Shown: positions 1 through 9,588 of the stretch, one piece after another
How the letters are laid out: each line of letters begins with the position of its first letter
Position numbering within the stretch: the first letter of the stretch is position 1
DNA from: Lachnospiraceae bacterium
Lineage (GTDB): Bacteria > Bacillota > Clostridia > Lachnospirales > Lachnospiraceae
Direction of reading: 5' to 3'
Assembly (NCBI GenBank): GCA_030524635.1
Contig: JAUNGG010000004.1
Location: 50,077-114,076 of the forward strand
Length of the DNA: 64,000 nt
Made by a program: the position numbers and the translations under genes
The notes under the pieces: model-generated
Database searches by the model: none
Seen by the model: the letters and a program-made list of their open reading frames with translations, nothing else
Told to the model about the DNA's origin: nothing

Positions 1-331
1 TAGCGGTAACGGAAGTAGCCGGAACGCCCTCGTCATCAACCTCAGCCAGAACGATCTGGATCTCGCCGTTAATGCCGCCTGCTGCATTGATCTCGTTTAC
101 TGCCATTTCCGTTGCATTCTTTAAGATCTGTCCGGAAACTGCAGAAGAACCGGAAAGAGGACAGATCAGTCCCAGTGTAAATGCATCTCCCGATGCCGGT
201 GCTGCCGCCGCTGCGCCCCCTGCTGCTGCGGTGGTTGCTGCTGCAGCTGGTGCTGCAGATTCGGAGGACCCGCATCCTGCTAACGCCCCCGCCATCAAGA
301 GTGCCATTCCCCATGCTACAAACTTTTTCAT
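1..331 (-). CDS. ABC transporter substrate-binding lipoprotein, LivJ-like periplasmic binding fold. Partial: the C-terminus runs off the window start.
   Basis: Reverse-strand translation from the ATG at 331..329 gives MKKFVAWGMALLMAGALAGC. This is a signal peptide plus lipobox, followed by GINGEIQIVLAEVDDEG typical of Leu/Ile/Val-type binding proteins. An RBS (GGAGAA) lies upstream. Confidence 0.6.
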   Translation of the reverse strand, partial: MKKFVAWGMALLMAGALAGCGSSESAAPAAAATTAAAGGAAAAAPASGDAFTLGLICPLSGSSAVSGQILKNATEMAVNEINAAGGINGEIQIVLAEVDDEGVPATSVTA

Positions 332-591
332 TGTGATTCTCCTTTCACGTTACTTTTATATCAAATGCTTCCAAAGCAGCCCCTCAAGTCTAAAGCCCAT
401 ACCTCTTAATGCTGCATTCAAATTCGCGCTTTCCCTCCCCGGAACGCGGTCATTTTTATTGAAAACACTTGTTTGCCTCTTTTTCTAACCGAACTCCCGT
501 ACCTTGTAATTGTTTTGCATTTTCACAATCACCGTACTTTCTATAATGCCCCGGACTGCTGTCCGGGGCTGATTTATGAGGAGGAACTTTA

Positions 592-1872
592 TTATTTTGC
601 AATTTCTGCAGTGATCTTTAAGAACTCATCGATATCTGCATAGGTATGGCAGTGAAGAGGAGAAATTCTTACAATACCATGCTGATTGATGGAATTTACC
701 TGACGTGCAGAGTACAGGCTTGCATCGGTACGCTCATGAACTACTACACCCTTAGCCTCATAAGCTCTGGATGCCTGCTCGCAGGTCAGCTTATCAAATA
801 CGATGGGAACGATCAGATCTCTCTGGGTCAGATCATCCATCTCAACTGCTACATTTACACCTTCGATCTCCAGAAGACCCTTAACCTCATCGGAACCATG
901 AAGTAAACGGTACAGCAGTGCACGCTCATGAAGCATGATTCTGGTCATACCTTCTACATACAGTGCTCTTCTGTCTTCGGTCTGGATGAACTGCTCACCG
1001 ATCCAGCATACATAATCGAAGATTGCGCTTAACATTGCATACATGCCAGGTGCACATCCGCCCATCTCCCAGTTGCTCTGCTTCTCGCGGATCAGCTTTC
1101 TGTGAGGCAGATTCATAACTCTCTCAGATAACCAGCCTACACCAAGGCCTCTTGCGCCGCCGAACTTGTATGGAGCAAAGTTTACACAGTCAAGGCCCCA
1201 CTCCTTCATATCCGTTAAACCGTGAGGAGTATGCTGTACGGAATCGCAAATGATAAACAGGTCTGGCTTAATCTTTCTTGCTTCCCGTGCAATGGTTTCG
1301 ATATCCAGAATACCGCCGGTGATGTTTGAGGTCATAATAACGCTCAACAGGCAGGTATCCTTATCGATCAGCTTCACAACATCCTCAGGATGGATGATAC
1401 CAGTTCTTGGATCGGTCTGAGCAACTCTCAGCTCCTTGCCGTACTTCTCAGCAGGGATTGCACAGCCGTCAAATGCAGATGGATGCTCCAGAGCGGTGGT
1501 AACTACGTTGGTTCCAGGTACATTTGCAATGATTACTTCAGAAACATCGAATACGATGATGGAAGCGGTCATAGAGGTTGCAATACATCCGCCCTCAGCG
1601 TTGAACATGGTGGAGATATCCTTACATGCCTGAACACGAAGGGAATCCAGATAATCAGAAGCAGCACCGCCATGGCCGCCGCAGTTAGGAAGATCATCAA
1701 CCTTCTTAAATGCGTCGCTTGCAGCTTTCAGACGGAAGGATCCGCCGGAGTTATCGAAGAATAATCTCTTGGTATTGGTAAATGGATCAACATCAACGAA
1801 ATGATATTTATCACGAATCTGTGCAGTTAATTCTGCCGGCATCAGCTGGCCGTTTTTAATCGCGTCACTCAT
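592..1872 (-). CDS. Class V aminotransferase-fold PLP enzyme, cysteine desulfurase/selenocysteine lyase-like
   Basis: 426 aa starting at MSDAIKNGQL with a GAGGAA RBS. The C-terminal RISPLHCHT motif resembles the SufS/NifS family tail. The longer 446 aa ORF start is probably an upstream artefact. Confidence 0.6.
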   Translation of the reverse strand: MSDAIKNGQLMPAELTAQIRDKYHFVDVDPFTNTKRLFFDNSGGSFRLKAASDAFKKVDDLPNCGGHGGAASDYLDSLRVQACKDISTMFNAEGGCIATSMTASIIVFDVSEVIIANVPGTNVVTTALEHPSAFDGCAIPAEKYGKELRVAQTDPRTGIIHPEDVVKLIDKDTCLLSVIMTSNITGGILDIETIAREARKIKPDLFIICDSVQHTPHGLTDMKEWGLDCVNFAPYKFGGARGLGVGWLSERVMNLPHRKLIREKQSNWEMGGCAPGMYAMLSAIFDYVCWIGEQFIQTEDRRALYVEGMTRIMLHERALLYRLLHGSDEVKGLLEIEGVNVAVEMDDLTQRDLIVPIVFDKLTCEQASRAYEAKGVVVHERTDASLYSARQVNSINQHGIVRISPLHCHTYADIDEFLKITAEIAK

Positions 1873-2064
1873 CTTAAATTCCTCACTTTTTCTTATTCCT
1901 ATGGTCTTGATCGGCTCCGTACCCTGGAGCATGCCGAACCGTTGCTTTTCTATTTTCTACGGGGATCCCCCGCCCTCCGCTTTTTGCGGAAGGCGTCTGC
2001 GGGGGATATTAGGGGGTATTATTGCCTGTTAGAATGTTGATTAGCAAAAAGCTTTCGTCAATAT

Positions 2065-3027
2065 TTAGTCAAAAACTACCTTGCCGTGATCAAAGATAAT
2101 CTTGCCGTCCAGCTCGATGGTTGGATCCTTGAACATCATGTCAATATGTAAGATGAAATCCTGATTGTCGGTCTCGTTATTTCCAAGTGCTACATGAACG
2201 TATCCGCTGCAGCCCTCATCCTCTAACATTCTTCCGCAAAGAGAAGCATCTGGGTTTAAGCCGATTCCGATCTCGCCTACACGATACATTCTCGGGTCAT
2301 AAACCTTTGCCAGCTCTGCTGCAAATCTCTCAGCTTCCTCGCCGCCCTCGATCTTAGTTACAAAGCTGTTCTCAACATAAAGGGTGATCGGCTCCTTTAA
2401 AACGCCCATTGCCGGATGGGTAATGCTTCCGTCAACTACGATCTTGCCGTGAGCAGTTCCTGGGATTGCACCAGATGCCATCTCGATATCTGGCGGGGAG
2501 CAGGTCTCACCTGGGTTTCTTACCATGCCGTACTGCGGGAACAGCTTGTGTCCCTTAATGCTTGCATAGTAATCGGTACCAGCCTCAGTGGTGATATGGA
2601 TCTGATCACCATCCTTCATGCTCTTTAACATCTGGTCAACATACTTTCTGTCAGCCTCGAAGTCGGTGTACAGACCGCCTTTTTCCAGCATCTCAATGCT
2701 GTAATCGCAGCAGTTTAAATCTCTGGCACCTGCAGCACACGCGTCTCTTCTGGCATGGCTGTGGGACAATGAAAACTTGGTGGCACGAAATATTACGTCA
2801 GCCTTTAACATGGCTGCTGCCACCAGAGCAGTCGGCTCCTCGCCGTGCATCTTTCTTGGCTCCATCATAATCATGCTCTTATTTGGGAACTCCTCTGCAG
2901 CATCCCACAGTGCCATACCGATCTCTAAGCTATCAGTATCGGTAACGATCAGGATGTTCTCCTCCGGTTGACAGTTGGCGCAGATCGTCAGAAGACGTCT
3001 GCATGCTTCGTAGATTTTCTTTGCCAT
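2065..3027 (-). CDS. M29 (AmpS/PepS)-like aminopeptidase-fold protein
   Basis: 320 aa. The C-terminal GEIGIGLNP ... HIDMMF block is reminiscent of thermophilic aminopeptidase T-type proteins. Family assignment is from memory only. Confidence 0.35.
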   Translation of the reverse strand: MAKKIYEACRRLLTICANCQPEENILIVTDTDSLEIGMALWDAAEEFPNKSMIMMEPRKMHGEEPTALVAAAMLKADVIFRATKFSLSHSHARRDACAAGARDLNCCDYSIEMLEKGGLYTDFEADRKYVDQMLKSMKDGDQIHITTEAGTDYYASIKGHKLFPQYGMVRNPGETCSPPDIEMASGAIPGTAHGKIVVDGSITHPAMGVLKEPITLYVENSFVTKIEGGEEAERFAAELAKVYDPRMYRVGEIGIGLNPDASLCGRMLEDEGCSGYVHVALGNNETDNQDFILHIDMMFKDPTIELDGKIIFDHGKVVFD

Positions 3028-3330
3028 TTTAAAGCTCCTTTCATATGGTTCATTTTAATTATTTTTGAGTGCTTCTATATAACAAAGGCGCAGGCCTTTA
3101 GTTACTCGTGTAGATTTTGTAGAAAAAAATTATTGACGTATTTCCCGTCATGCTTCCCAATATATTTGTGCATAATATTCGTTATTTATCCAAATTTCGT
3201 CCACTGTTTGCACATATTTTTTCTACTTTGTTCATTTCTTTCACAATCTGTTATCGGTTTTATCTCTTTGCTTGGCTATATAATACCACATATTTTTACT
3301 CGTGTAAATAGTTTTTTTAAAAAATTTCCC

Positions 3331-4323
3331 TTATGTGCTTTCACGCACAGAAAGGGAAATTTTAACAAGCTGATCTGCCGGCTGCTTCCCCTGAATCAGC
3401 CCCAGCATGGTATCCACCAGCCTCTCAGAAAATTCCTCCTTAGAAAAATTAACACTGGAAAGCTGCGGCGACAGCATCTCGGACAGATAGGTATTATCCA
3501 TACCCACAACCGCCATATCCTCCGGCACCCGCAATCCCATCTTCTTTAAGTACTGGATGATCCGGCCCGCCAGGTAATCATCACCCGCCACAATGGCGGT
3601 AGGACGCTCCGACGGCTTTCCTCCGAAAATCAAATCAAAGATCGAAGCAAAGATCGCCTCCATAGAATCCGTATTCCTGCAGACCAGAGCCTCGTCATAT
3701 ACCAGCCCGTTTTCCTCCAGCGCCTCCCGGTATGCCCGCTCCCGGTAGCCCTTCCTCAGATTCATATTATAACGAAGCGGCGGCGCCAGGATGATCTTCT
3801 TATGGCCCCTGACGATCAGATAGCTGACGGTCTTTAAAATACCTCCATAGATATCCGGTGCCACTGTCACAATATTCGGCTCTAAGTAGCTGTAATCCCT
3901 TGTTTTGTACAATACGATCGGGATACCCGCCCTGGCGATCTCATTCAGCTGACTGGCCGTATATCGGTTGGACAGCATGAACACACCGTCAAATCTGCCC
4001 TCGATCAGCATCTGGATAAAATCTGCCCCATCACGGCTGTAACAATGAGAAACGAAATATCCCTTGTCAAAAAACATCTTCTCTGCGATCTCCAGCCAGT
4101 CGTTCCGCAGGTTATCGCACACGAAGGCGATCTGCATGGACTTATTGGTCTTTAAGCTCCTGGCATAAACATTTGGTCTGTAATGCAGCTCCTCGATCGC
4201 CTTCTTCACTGCGATCGTCTTCTCCTCGCTGACTGTCTTGGTCTGGTTGATCACATAAGAGACCACCGCCGGCGAAACCCCAGCCAGCTTTGCAACATCA
4301 TCTCGTGTAACTTTTTTGCCCAC
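3331..4323 (-). CDS. LacI-family transcriptional regulator
   Basis: The N-terminal VTRDDVAKLAGVSPAVVSYVIN HTH is followed by a periplasmic-binding-like sugar-sensor domain. It uses a GTG start with a GGGAGGG RBS. Confidence 0.8.
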   Translation of the reverse strand: MGKKVTRDDVAKLAGVSPAVVSYVINQTKTVSEEKTIAVKKAIEELHYRPNVYARSLKTNKSMQIAFVCDNLRNDWLEIAEKMFFDKGYFVSHCYSRDGADFIQMLIEGRFDGVFMLSNRYTASQLNEIARAGIPIVLYKTRDYSYLEPNIVTVAPDIYGGILKTVSYLIVRGHKKIILAPPLRYNMNLRKGYRERAYREALEENGLVYDEALVCRNTDSMEAIFASIFDLIFGGKPSERPTAIVAGDDYLAGRIIQYLKKMGLRVPEDMAVVGMDNTYLSEMLSPQLSSVNFSKEEFSERLVDTMLGLIQGKQPADQLVKISLSVREST

Positions 4324-4512
4324 TGTTCACACATCCCTCCCTTGAAAATTGTCGTAATACTGTAATTTTTCGCTTTGTGTTTATTTACTCGTGTTTCTTT
4401 CAGCTGCTACAATATTTACTATATAAGTATACTGAAAATATTTATTCGAGTCAATCTTTTTTCGTGATTCTGCTTTGCTTTATTGTTTCTCTTATGCACA
4501 TGCTCTAAAATT

Positions 4513-5730
4513 TTATTGCAAAAGCCAATCCAGCACATTCACTACCTTGATCCCGTCATAGTTCCCCAATGAAAAACGGTCCAAAGTGAGAATAACTTTT
4601 TCGTAATTGTCCCGGATATTTTTCAGCGGCCGCATCTCCCGGTCAAATGTTTCCTGCGCGGTCATATCCGCCGTTACCTGAAAATATGTTAAAACACCTT
4701 GCTTCTGCGCTACAAAGTCTACTTCTGCTGTGCCGTTCTTTCCGATTGTTACCTTATATCCTCTCCGAAGAAGCTCAAAAAATACAACATTTTCCACAGA
4801 AAATCCCAGGTCATACTGTTTCCTTGGAAGAATATGGTTGCGCAGTCCTAAATCCACCATATACATTTTCTTATTAACCTTCAGCAGCTGCTTCCCCACA
4901 ATATCAAATCGTTCCGCCGGATAAAAGATAAAAGCCTGAATCAATGCTTCTACATAATCACTGACCGTATTCGGAGAAACCTTGCGTCCGGAAGAAATCA
5001 GGTAATCCGTCACACTCTTAATAGACACCGGGCTCCCAATCACGCTTGCAAGATACCGGGCAATACTTTTCAAAAGCGTAATATCTGTGATTCTGCGTTT
5101 ATCAGAATCTCTTCCCTTCCGATTCTGCCTGTCCTCGATGTCCCGCACTATAACTGTATTATAGATGCCCTCCAGATAAATATCCACCTTCTCATCCGTT
5201 CGATCCATTACAGCAATATAAGGCATTCCGCCGCTTCTCATATACTCTGTAAATGCCTGGTCCGTGGATATTCCCGTAATCTGAACATACTCCCGGAAAG
5301 ACAGCGGAAGCATGGAAATTTCTACATAACGACCTGTAAGAAGCGTTGCCAGATCCCCTGAAAGCATATACGCATTGGAACCTGTGATATAGATATCCGT
5401 ATTCTCTTTCACATGAAGACTATCCACCACTTTCTCAAAAAACGGTACCTTCTGAATCTCATCCAGAAAAATGTAGGTCATACGGTTTGGGCACAATCTT
5501 TCTTTGATGTACTGATACAGCACCTTGTAATCCAGGAGATGCTCATACTCCAGCTCCTCAAAATTTACTGAAATCATCTGCTCCTGCAACACGCCATGTT
5601 GGAACAAATAGTCCTGATACTGTTTCAACAGCGTCGATTTTCCACAACGGCGAATTCCTGTCACAACTTTAATCACCTGCTCATCCTTCCACGAAAGCAG
5701 CTGCTGTAAATACTCTTTGCGTTCAACCAT
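4513..5730 (-). CDS. AAA-family ATPase of the DUF4143 type
   Basis: A Walker A motif (GIRRCGKST) is near the N-terminus and a Walker B-like FLDEIQ follows. Size is 405 aa with an AGAAGGTG RBS. Confidence 0.6.
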   Translation of the reverse strand: MVERKEYLQQLLSWKDEQVIKVVTGIRRCGKSTLLKQYQDYLFQHGVLQEQMISVNFEELEYEHLLDYKVLYQYIKERLCPNRMTYIFLDEIQKVPFFEKVVDSLHVKENTDIYITGSNAYMLSGDLATLLTGRYVEISMLPLSFREYVQITGISTDQAFTEYMRSGGMPYIAVMDRTDEKVDIYLEGIYNTVIVRDIEDRQNRKGRDSDKRRITDITLLKSIARYLASVIGSPVSIKSVTDYLISSGRKVSPNTVSDYVEALIQAFIFYPAERFDIVGKQLLKVNKKMYMVDLGLRNHILPRKQYDLGFSVENVVFFELLRRGYKVTIGKNGTAEVDFVAQKQGVLTYFQVTADMTAQETFDREMRPLKNIRDNYEKVILTLDRFSLGNYDGIKVVNVLDWLLQ

Positions 5731-5777
5731 TTATTTGCACCTTCTTTTTCCAATCATAGCATATTTTATTCAGAAAT

Positions 5778-7109
5778 TCAATTTATATTCCAATTTCGGA
5801 ATTTTCTTTCTTTGTACAGGAAATATCCGGTAAGCAATAATGTGGTAACTTCTGTCACCGGAGCCGCCATCCATACCCCGGTCATCCCAAACAGAGCCGG
5901 CAGCGTAAAAATGCAAACCAAAAGGATCACCAGTCCCCGTGCAAATGAGATCACCGCCGATTCGAAAGCCTTCCCAATGGCAGTAAAATAAAAGGATGTA
6001 ATGGTATTCACTCCGGAAAAGAAGAAGGAAATCATAAAAATTATCATTCCTGACTGTATCATTCCCTTCACCGCTTCATTCTGTACAAATAGACTGCCAT
6101 ACCAGCCGGAGCCTCCCAGCATCAGCAGAAAAACTACAGTTCCTGCCCCAAACACATATCGGTTTGTCCGGGATCGGATCTCTGCAGCCAGCTTCTTCTC
6201 CTCTGCCCCATAGACAAAACTGATCAGCGGACTTGCTCCCTGTCCAAAGCCTATGACAACCATACTGAATCCGTATGCCAGATACCCTACGATGGTAAAT
6301 GCTGTGACGCCATCCACGCCGATTCTCCGCATGATCACAAAATTATATGCAAACATGGCAATTCCTGTGGACATCTCCCCGATAAACTCGGAACTGCCAT
6401 TTAAGATCGACTGCACACAGATCGCCCCGGAGAACCGGAATGCACCAAGCCGGTAGATCCTTGCCTTTTTCCAGAAATAATACAAGATGCAGGCCAGAGA
6501 AACCAGGGCAGAAAGAAGAGAGGCTATTCCGATTCCTGCAACGCCCCAGCAAAGGCAGGCAGTAAACAAATCATCGAAAATAACATTCAGCACAACATTT
6601 AAGACACTGACCTTCATATAATACCCTGGATCTCCCTCTCCCCGGATAAACATGCCGAAAGAGGAATTGATCACCATAACCGGAAGCTCCAGCAGCATGA
6701 TCTGGTAATATTCCTGAAAATACAGGATTACCTTGCCATCCGCATGAAGGATAGAAAGCATTGGCCGAAAACAAAACACCATGATAACACTGATCATAAC
6801 GGAGAATGCCGCTGTTGTGGCAACCGTCTGACGAAACACCTGATTGCAGGCTTCCCGGTCCCCGGAGCCAAGAGCCATCCCGGCGATGGCCACTCCGCCG
6901 ATGGAAACCATCAGCCCAACGCCCAAATACAGGTAAATAATCGGCAGCCCCAGATTCACCGCCGCAATCCCCTCTTTCCCTACATAATTGCCGATAAAAA
7001 ATCCATCGGCTATGGTGATCATGGATGTAAGCAGCATCGCAATCATTGCCGGAATGGAAAACTGCAGGATCATCTTTCCTGTGTTCTGCTTGATCTGTTC
7101 CAAATTCAT
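5778..7109 (-). CDS. MATE-family efflux transporter
   Basis: 443 aa polytopic membrane protein with a MATE-like N-terminus (ILQFSIPAMIAMLL) and an AAGGAGG RBS. Confidence 0.8.
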   Translation of the reverse strand: MNLEQIKQNTGKMILQFSIPAMIAMLLTSMITIADGFFIGNYVGKEGIAAVNLGLPIIYLYLGVGLMVSIGGVAIAGMALGSGDREACNQVFRQTVATTAAFSVMISVIMVFCFRPMLSILHADGKVILYFQEYYQIMLLELPVMVINSSFGMFIRGEGDPGYYMKVSVLNVVLNVIFDDLFTACLCWGVAGIGIASLLSALVSLACILYYFWKKARIYRLGAFRFSGAICVQSILNGSSEFIGEMSTGIAMFAYNFVIMRRIGVDGVTAFTIVGYLAYGFSMVVIGFGQGASPLISFVYGAEEKKLAAEIRSRTNRYVFGAGTVVFLLMLGGSGWYGSLFVQNEAVKGMIQSGMIIFMISFFFSGVNTITSFYFTAIGKAFESAVISFARGLVILLVCIFTLPALFGMTGVWMAAPVTEVTTLLLTGYFLYKERKFRNWNIN

Positions 7110-7218
7110 AAAAATACCTCCTTAACTTGAATACCTGTGGTGATGGTATCCATTATAAGGAGGCAAATGATTATAAACTTCTGAATTCTTGCCCTTTTCG
7201 CCTGAAATCATCCTTATT

Positions 7219-8061
7219 TTACCTGCGCTTAATCGGTACGCAGATATCCAGTTCCATATACATGGTATCGCAGTCCACCAGATGGTAGATATCAAACAGG
7301 CTCCTGCCAGCATCCATCTCATAAGACGTTTTCGGAAGCCAAACTAAAAATATGGTCTGATAGGCAGCATAAATATGCTTTGCATGGCCTTTAAAATGAT
7401 ACACGATGCATCTGCCGCCCTGTATCCTCACTATATTTTCCAGCGGGCAGCTCTTATCCACACTCATACCGATATCATACAGGCAGTTCTCAAGACAGGT
7501 CACTGCCGGATCATCGTAGGTTCGCTCCAAAAACTTCGTGTCCTCTGTGATGTATTCCCGATACCTTTCGATAAACCGATTCCAGTCTGCACTCATATTT
7601 TCATAGCTGCCAAACCGCCTTTCATAGATCACATGATAATCTGGAATCTCTTCAATGGTGATCTTCTCATCACATTCCTCAAAGCTTTCCACCTGCCACT
7701 GCTCGTGATGAAAAAAAGGATGCTCCATAGAATGCCGGCGGCTTCCCTTTCGGAATACAATGGGCGCCATCTGATAATGCTGTTTAAACGCCGAGCTGTA
7801 ATTCGATGAGCTGTAGCCGTAATCCGCGCTGATCTCTGTGATGGGCCGGCTCTGCTCCACTTTAAGGCGGAAAGCGCTCTGCTCAAGCTTCACCCGCTTA
7901 ATAAAGCCGTAGACGCTCTCACCTGTCTGCTCCTTAAAAAGACGGCTGAAATAATATTTTGAGAAATGGCAGTGGGACGCCACATCTTCCAGGGTCAATT
8001 CTTCTTCTATGTGCTGTAAGATAAAATCAATCGCTTGATTGATGGTCTCATTTGTGATCAT
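7219..8061 (-). CDS. AraC-family HTH regulator with a GyrI-like effector-binding domain
   Basis: N-terminal AraC-type HTH (HFSKYYFSRLFKEQTGES) plus a C-terminal GyrI-like fold. It lies next to the MATE pump, typical of drug-responsive regulators. Confidence 0.75.
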   Translation of the reverse strand: MITNETINQAIDFILQHIEEELTLEDVASHCHFSKYYFSRLFKEQTGESVYGFIKRVKLEQSAFRLKVEQSRPITEISADYGYSSSNYSSAFKQHYQMAPIVFRKGSRRHSMEHPFFHHEQWQVESFEECDEKITIEEIPDYHVIYERRFGSYENMSADWNRFIERYREYITEDTKFLERTYDDPAVTCLENCLYDIGMSVDKSCPLENIVRIQGGRCIVYHFKGHAKHIYAAYQTIFLVWLPKTSYEMDAGRSLFDIYHLVDCDTMYMELDICVPIKRR

Positions 8062-8250
8062 AATGTGCTGCCTCTGCCCTCCGAATGCATAATATCATCA
8101 TCGTTCATCCTGAATCTATTTTAGCACAAGCAATCGAATAACCATATGCCTTATTTGCACCTATTATCTGTAGAAAGCCGCACCCATTCGGCAAAAAATA
8201 ATTTCCATAATATGGAATTCAATTAATTTAATATTTTTTCAAAAAAACTA

Positions 8251-8279
8251 TTGACAATTCGCAAATTATTTAGTAGAAT
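8251..8279 (+). promoter_or_regulatory. Sigma-A-type promoter for the tRNA-Phe/tRNA-Gly pair
   Basis: TTGACA at 8251-8256, a 17 nt spacer, then TAGAAT at 8274-8279, about 30 nt upstream of tRNA-Phe. Confidence 0.5.
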
Positions 8280-8309
8280 ATCATCGTTGCTTCTGATGAA
8301 GCAGTCGAT

Positions 8310-8382
<73 letters not shown>

Positions 8383-8416
8383 CTGTATCACAAGATACAA
8401 TTTCATAATTTCCTAT

Positions 8417-8487
8417 GCGGGTGTAGTTCAATGGTAGAACACTAGCCTTCCAAGCTAGATACGTGGGTTCGATTCCCATCACCCGCT
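8417..8487 (+). tRNA. tRNA-Gly(UCC)
   Basis: Acceptor GCGGGTG/CACCCGC, anticodon loop CTTCCAA, T-arm GGGTTCGATTCCC. Confidence 0.85.
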
Positions 8488-8498
8488 TTTTTCATGCA

Positions 8499-8537
8499 AT
8501 GGAAAACCTGATGAAATAAAGGTTTTCCATTTTTTCA
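8499..8537 (+). terminator. Rho-independent terminator after the tRNA pair
   Basis: Stem ATGGAAAACC/GGTTTTCCAT followed by a T-run. Confidence 0.55.
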
Positions 8538-8657
8538 TTTTATCCGTAAATGGATATTTTTTCTATCCATTTACGGCGTTTTTATTTACTTTTATATCCT
8601 TTTATGGTAAAATTCAATCAACCTGCTCATCTCATTTCAATCGGAAAGAGGTTCTCA

Positions 8658-9488
8658 ATGAATCTAGAAAAATTAAAAAAGAGAAAAAAAGAATTAAAAA
8701 TTACCAACAAGGAACTTGCCGACCGCTCCGGAGTTCCTCTCAGCACGGTAAATAAGATTTTCAGCGGAGCTACGAAATCGCCCCAGTATCAGACGATCCT
8801 TGCATTGGAGACCGTTCTTGCCATGTATTCTTATTCCGATCAGGACGGCCCCTATGTAGGCGCTGTACATGAAGCTGCCGCCCTTTATCAGGTCAAGGGG
8901 AATCAAACGGCTGACGATTACTACGCTCTGCCGGATGAGGTTCGGGCCGAGCTGATCGACGGGCGGATTTACTACATGGCTGCCCCTACCAATGCCCACC
9001 AGGAGATTCTTGGGGAACTGTATTACCAGATCAAGGACTATATCCGCAAGCGCCAGGGAGCCTGCAAGGTTTTCCTGTCTCCCTTTGATGTCCGTCTGGA
9101 TCAGGATGATAAGACCATTGTCCAGCCGGATCTGATCATCACCTGCCATCCGGACCGTCTGGTATACCGCGGATTAAACGGTGCTCCGGATTTCGTCATC
9201 GAAATCATCTCTGTAAGCACCAGTAAGCGGGATTATTCTCTGAAAATGCAGAAATACTGGGATGCCGGCGTTCAGGAATACTGGATTGTGGACAGCTATA
9301 AACAGCATATCGTCACCTACCAGTTCCATGGTGAGGACGTGGATATGAAAATCCATGGAATTAACGATCTGGTAACCGTGCAGTTATACGGGGATTTCGT
9401 CATCGACTTCGGATCGTTTATGCCAGGTGTGCTGCAGGCGGAAGCAGAAGCAAAGGCAGCCGATTCACCGCCTGCAAAAATAACCTGA
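8658..9488 (+). CDS. XRE-type HTH fused to a Uma2-family (DUF820, PD-(D/E)xK) endonuclease-like domain
   Basis: Start at MNLEKLKKRKKELKITNKELADRSGVPLSTVNKIFSG (HTH) with an AAAGAGG RBS. The C-terminal PDFVIEIISVSTSKRDYSLKMQKYWDAGVQEYWIVD matches the Uma2 catalytic core. Confidence 0.65.
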   Translation: MNLEKLKKRKKELKITNKELADRSGVPLSTVNKIFSGATKSPQYQTILALETVLAMYSYSDQDGPYVGAVHEAAALYQVKGNQTADDYYALPDEVRAELIDGRIYYMAAPTNAHQEILGELYYQIKDYIRKRQGACKVFLSPFDVRLDQDDKTIVQPDLIITCHPDRLVYRGLNGAPDFVIEIISVSTSKRDYSLKMQKYWDAGVQEYWIVDSYKQHIVTYQFHGEDVDMKIHGINDLVTVQLYGDFVIDFGSFMPGVLQAEAEAKAADSPPAKIT

Positions 9489-9588
9489 TTCTAGAAACCG
9501 CTGGGCAAAACTATATTCTGAATGCTGTTCATTCATGCCCGATTCCGGTTACCATGCAGATCATATAAAAGGAAAGGCAGCTACCATC

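Noticed and set aside
72-488. 138 aa plus-strand ORF (MPPAALISFTAISVAFF...) and the 69..314 minus-strand ORF in the track
   Set aside because: Both lie antisense or out of frame to the clear lipoprotein ABC-binding-protein gene that reads off the window start. They are low-complexity Ala/Pro runs produced by translating GC-rich codons.
2968-3549. 193 aa plus-strand ORF across the LacI promoter region
   Set aside because: It is an AT-rich intergenic translation (Phe/Ile/Leu-rich, no RBS) that overlaps the LacI gene end.
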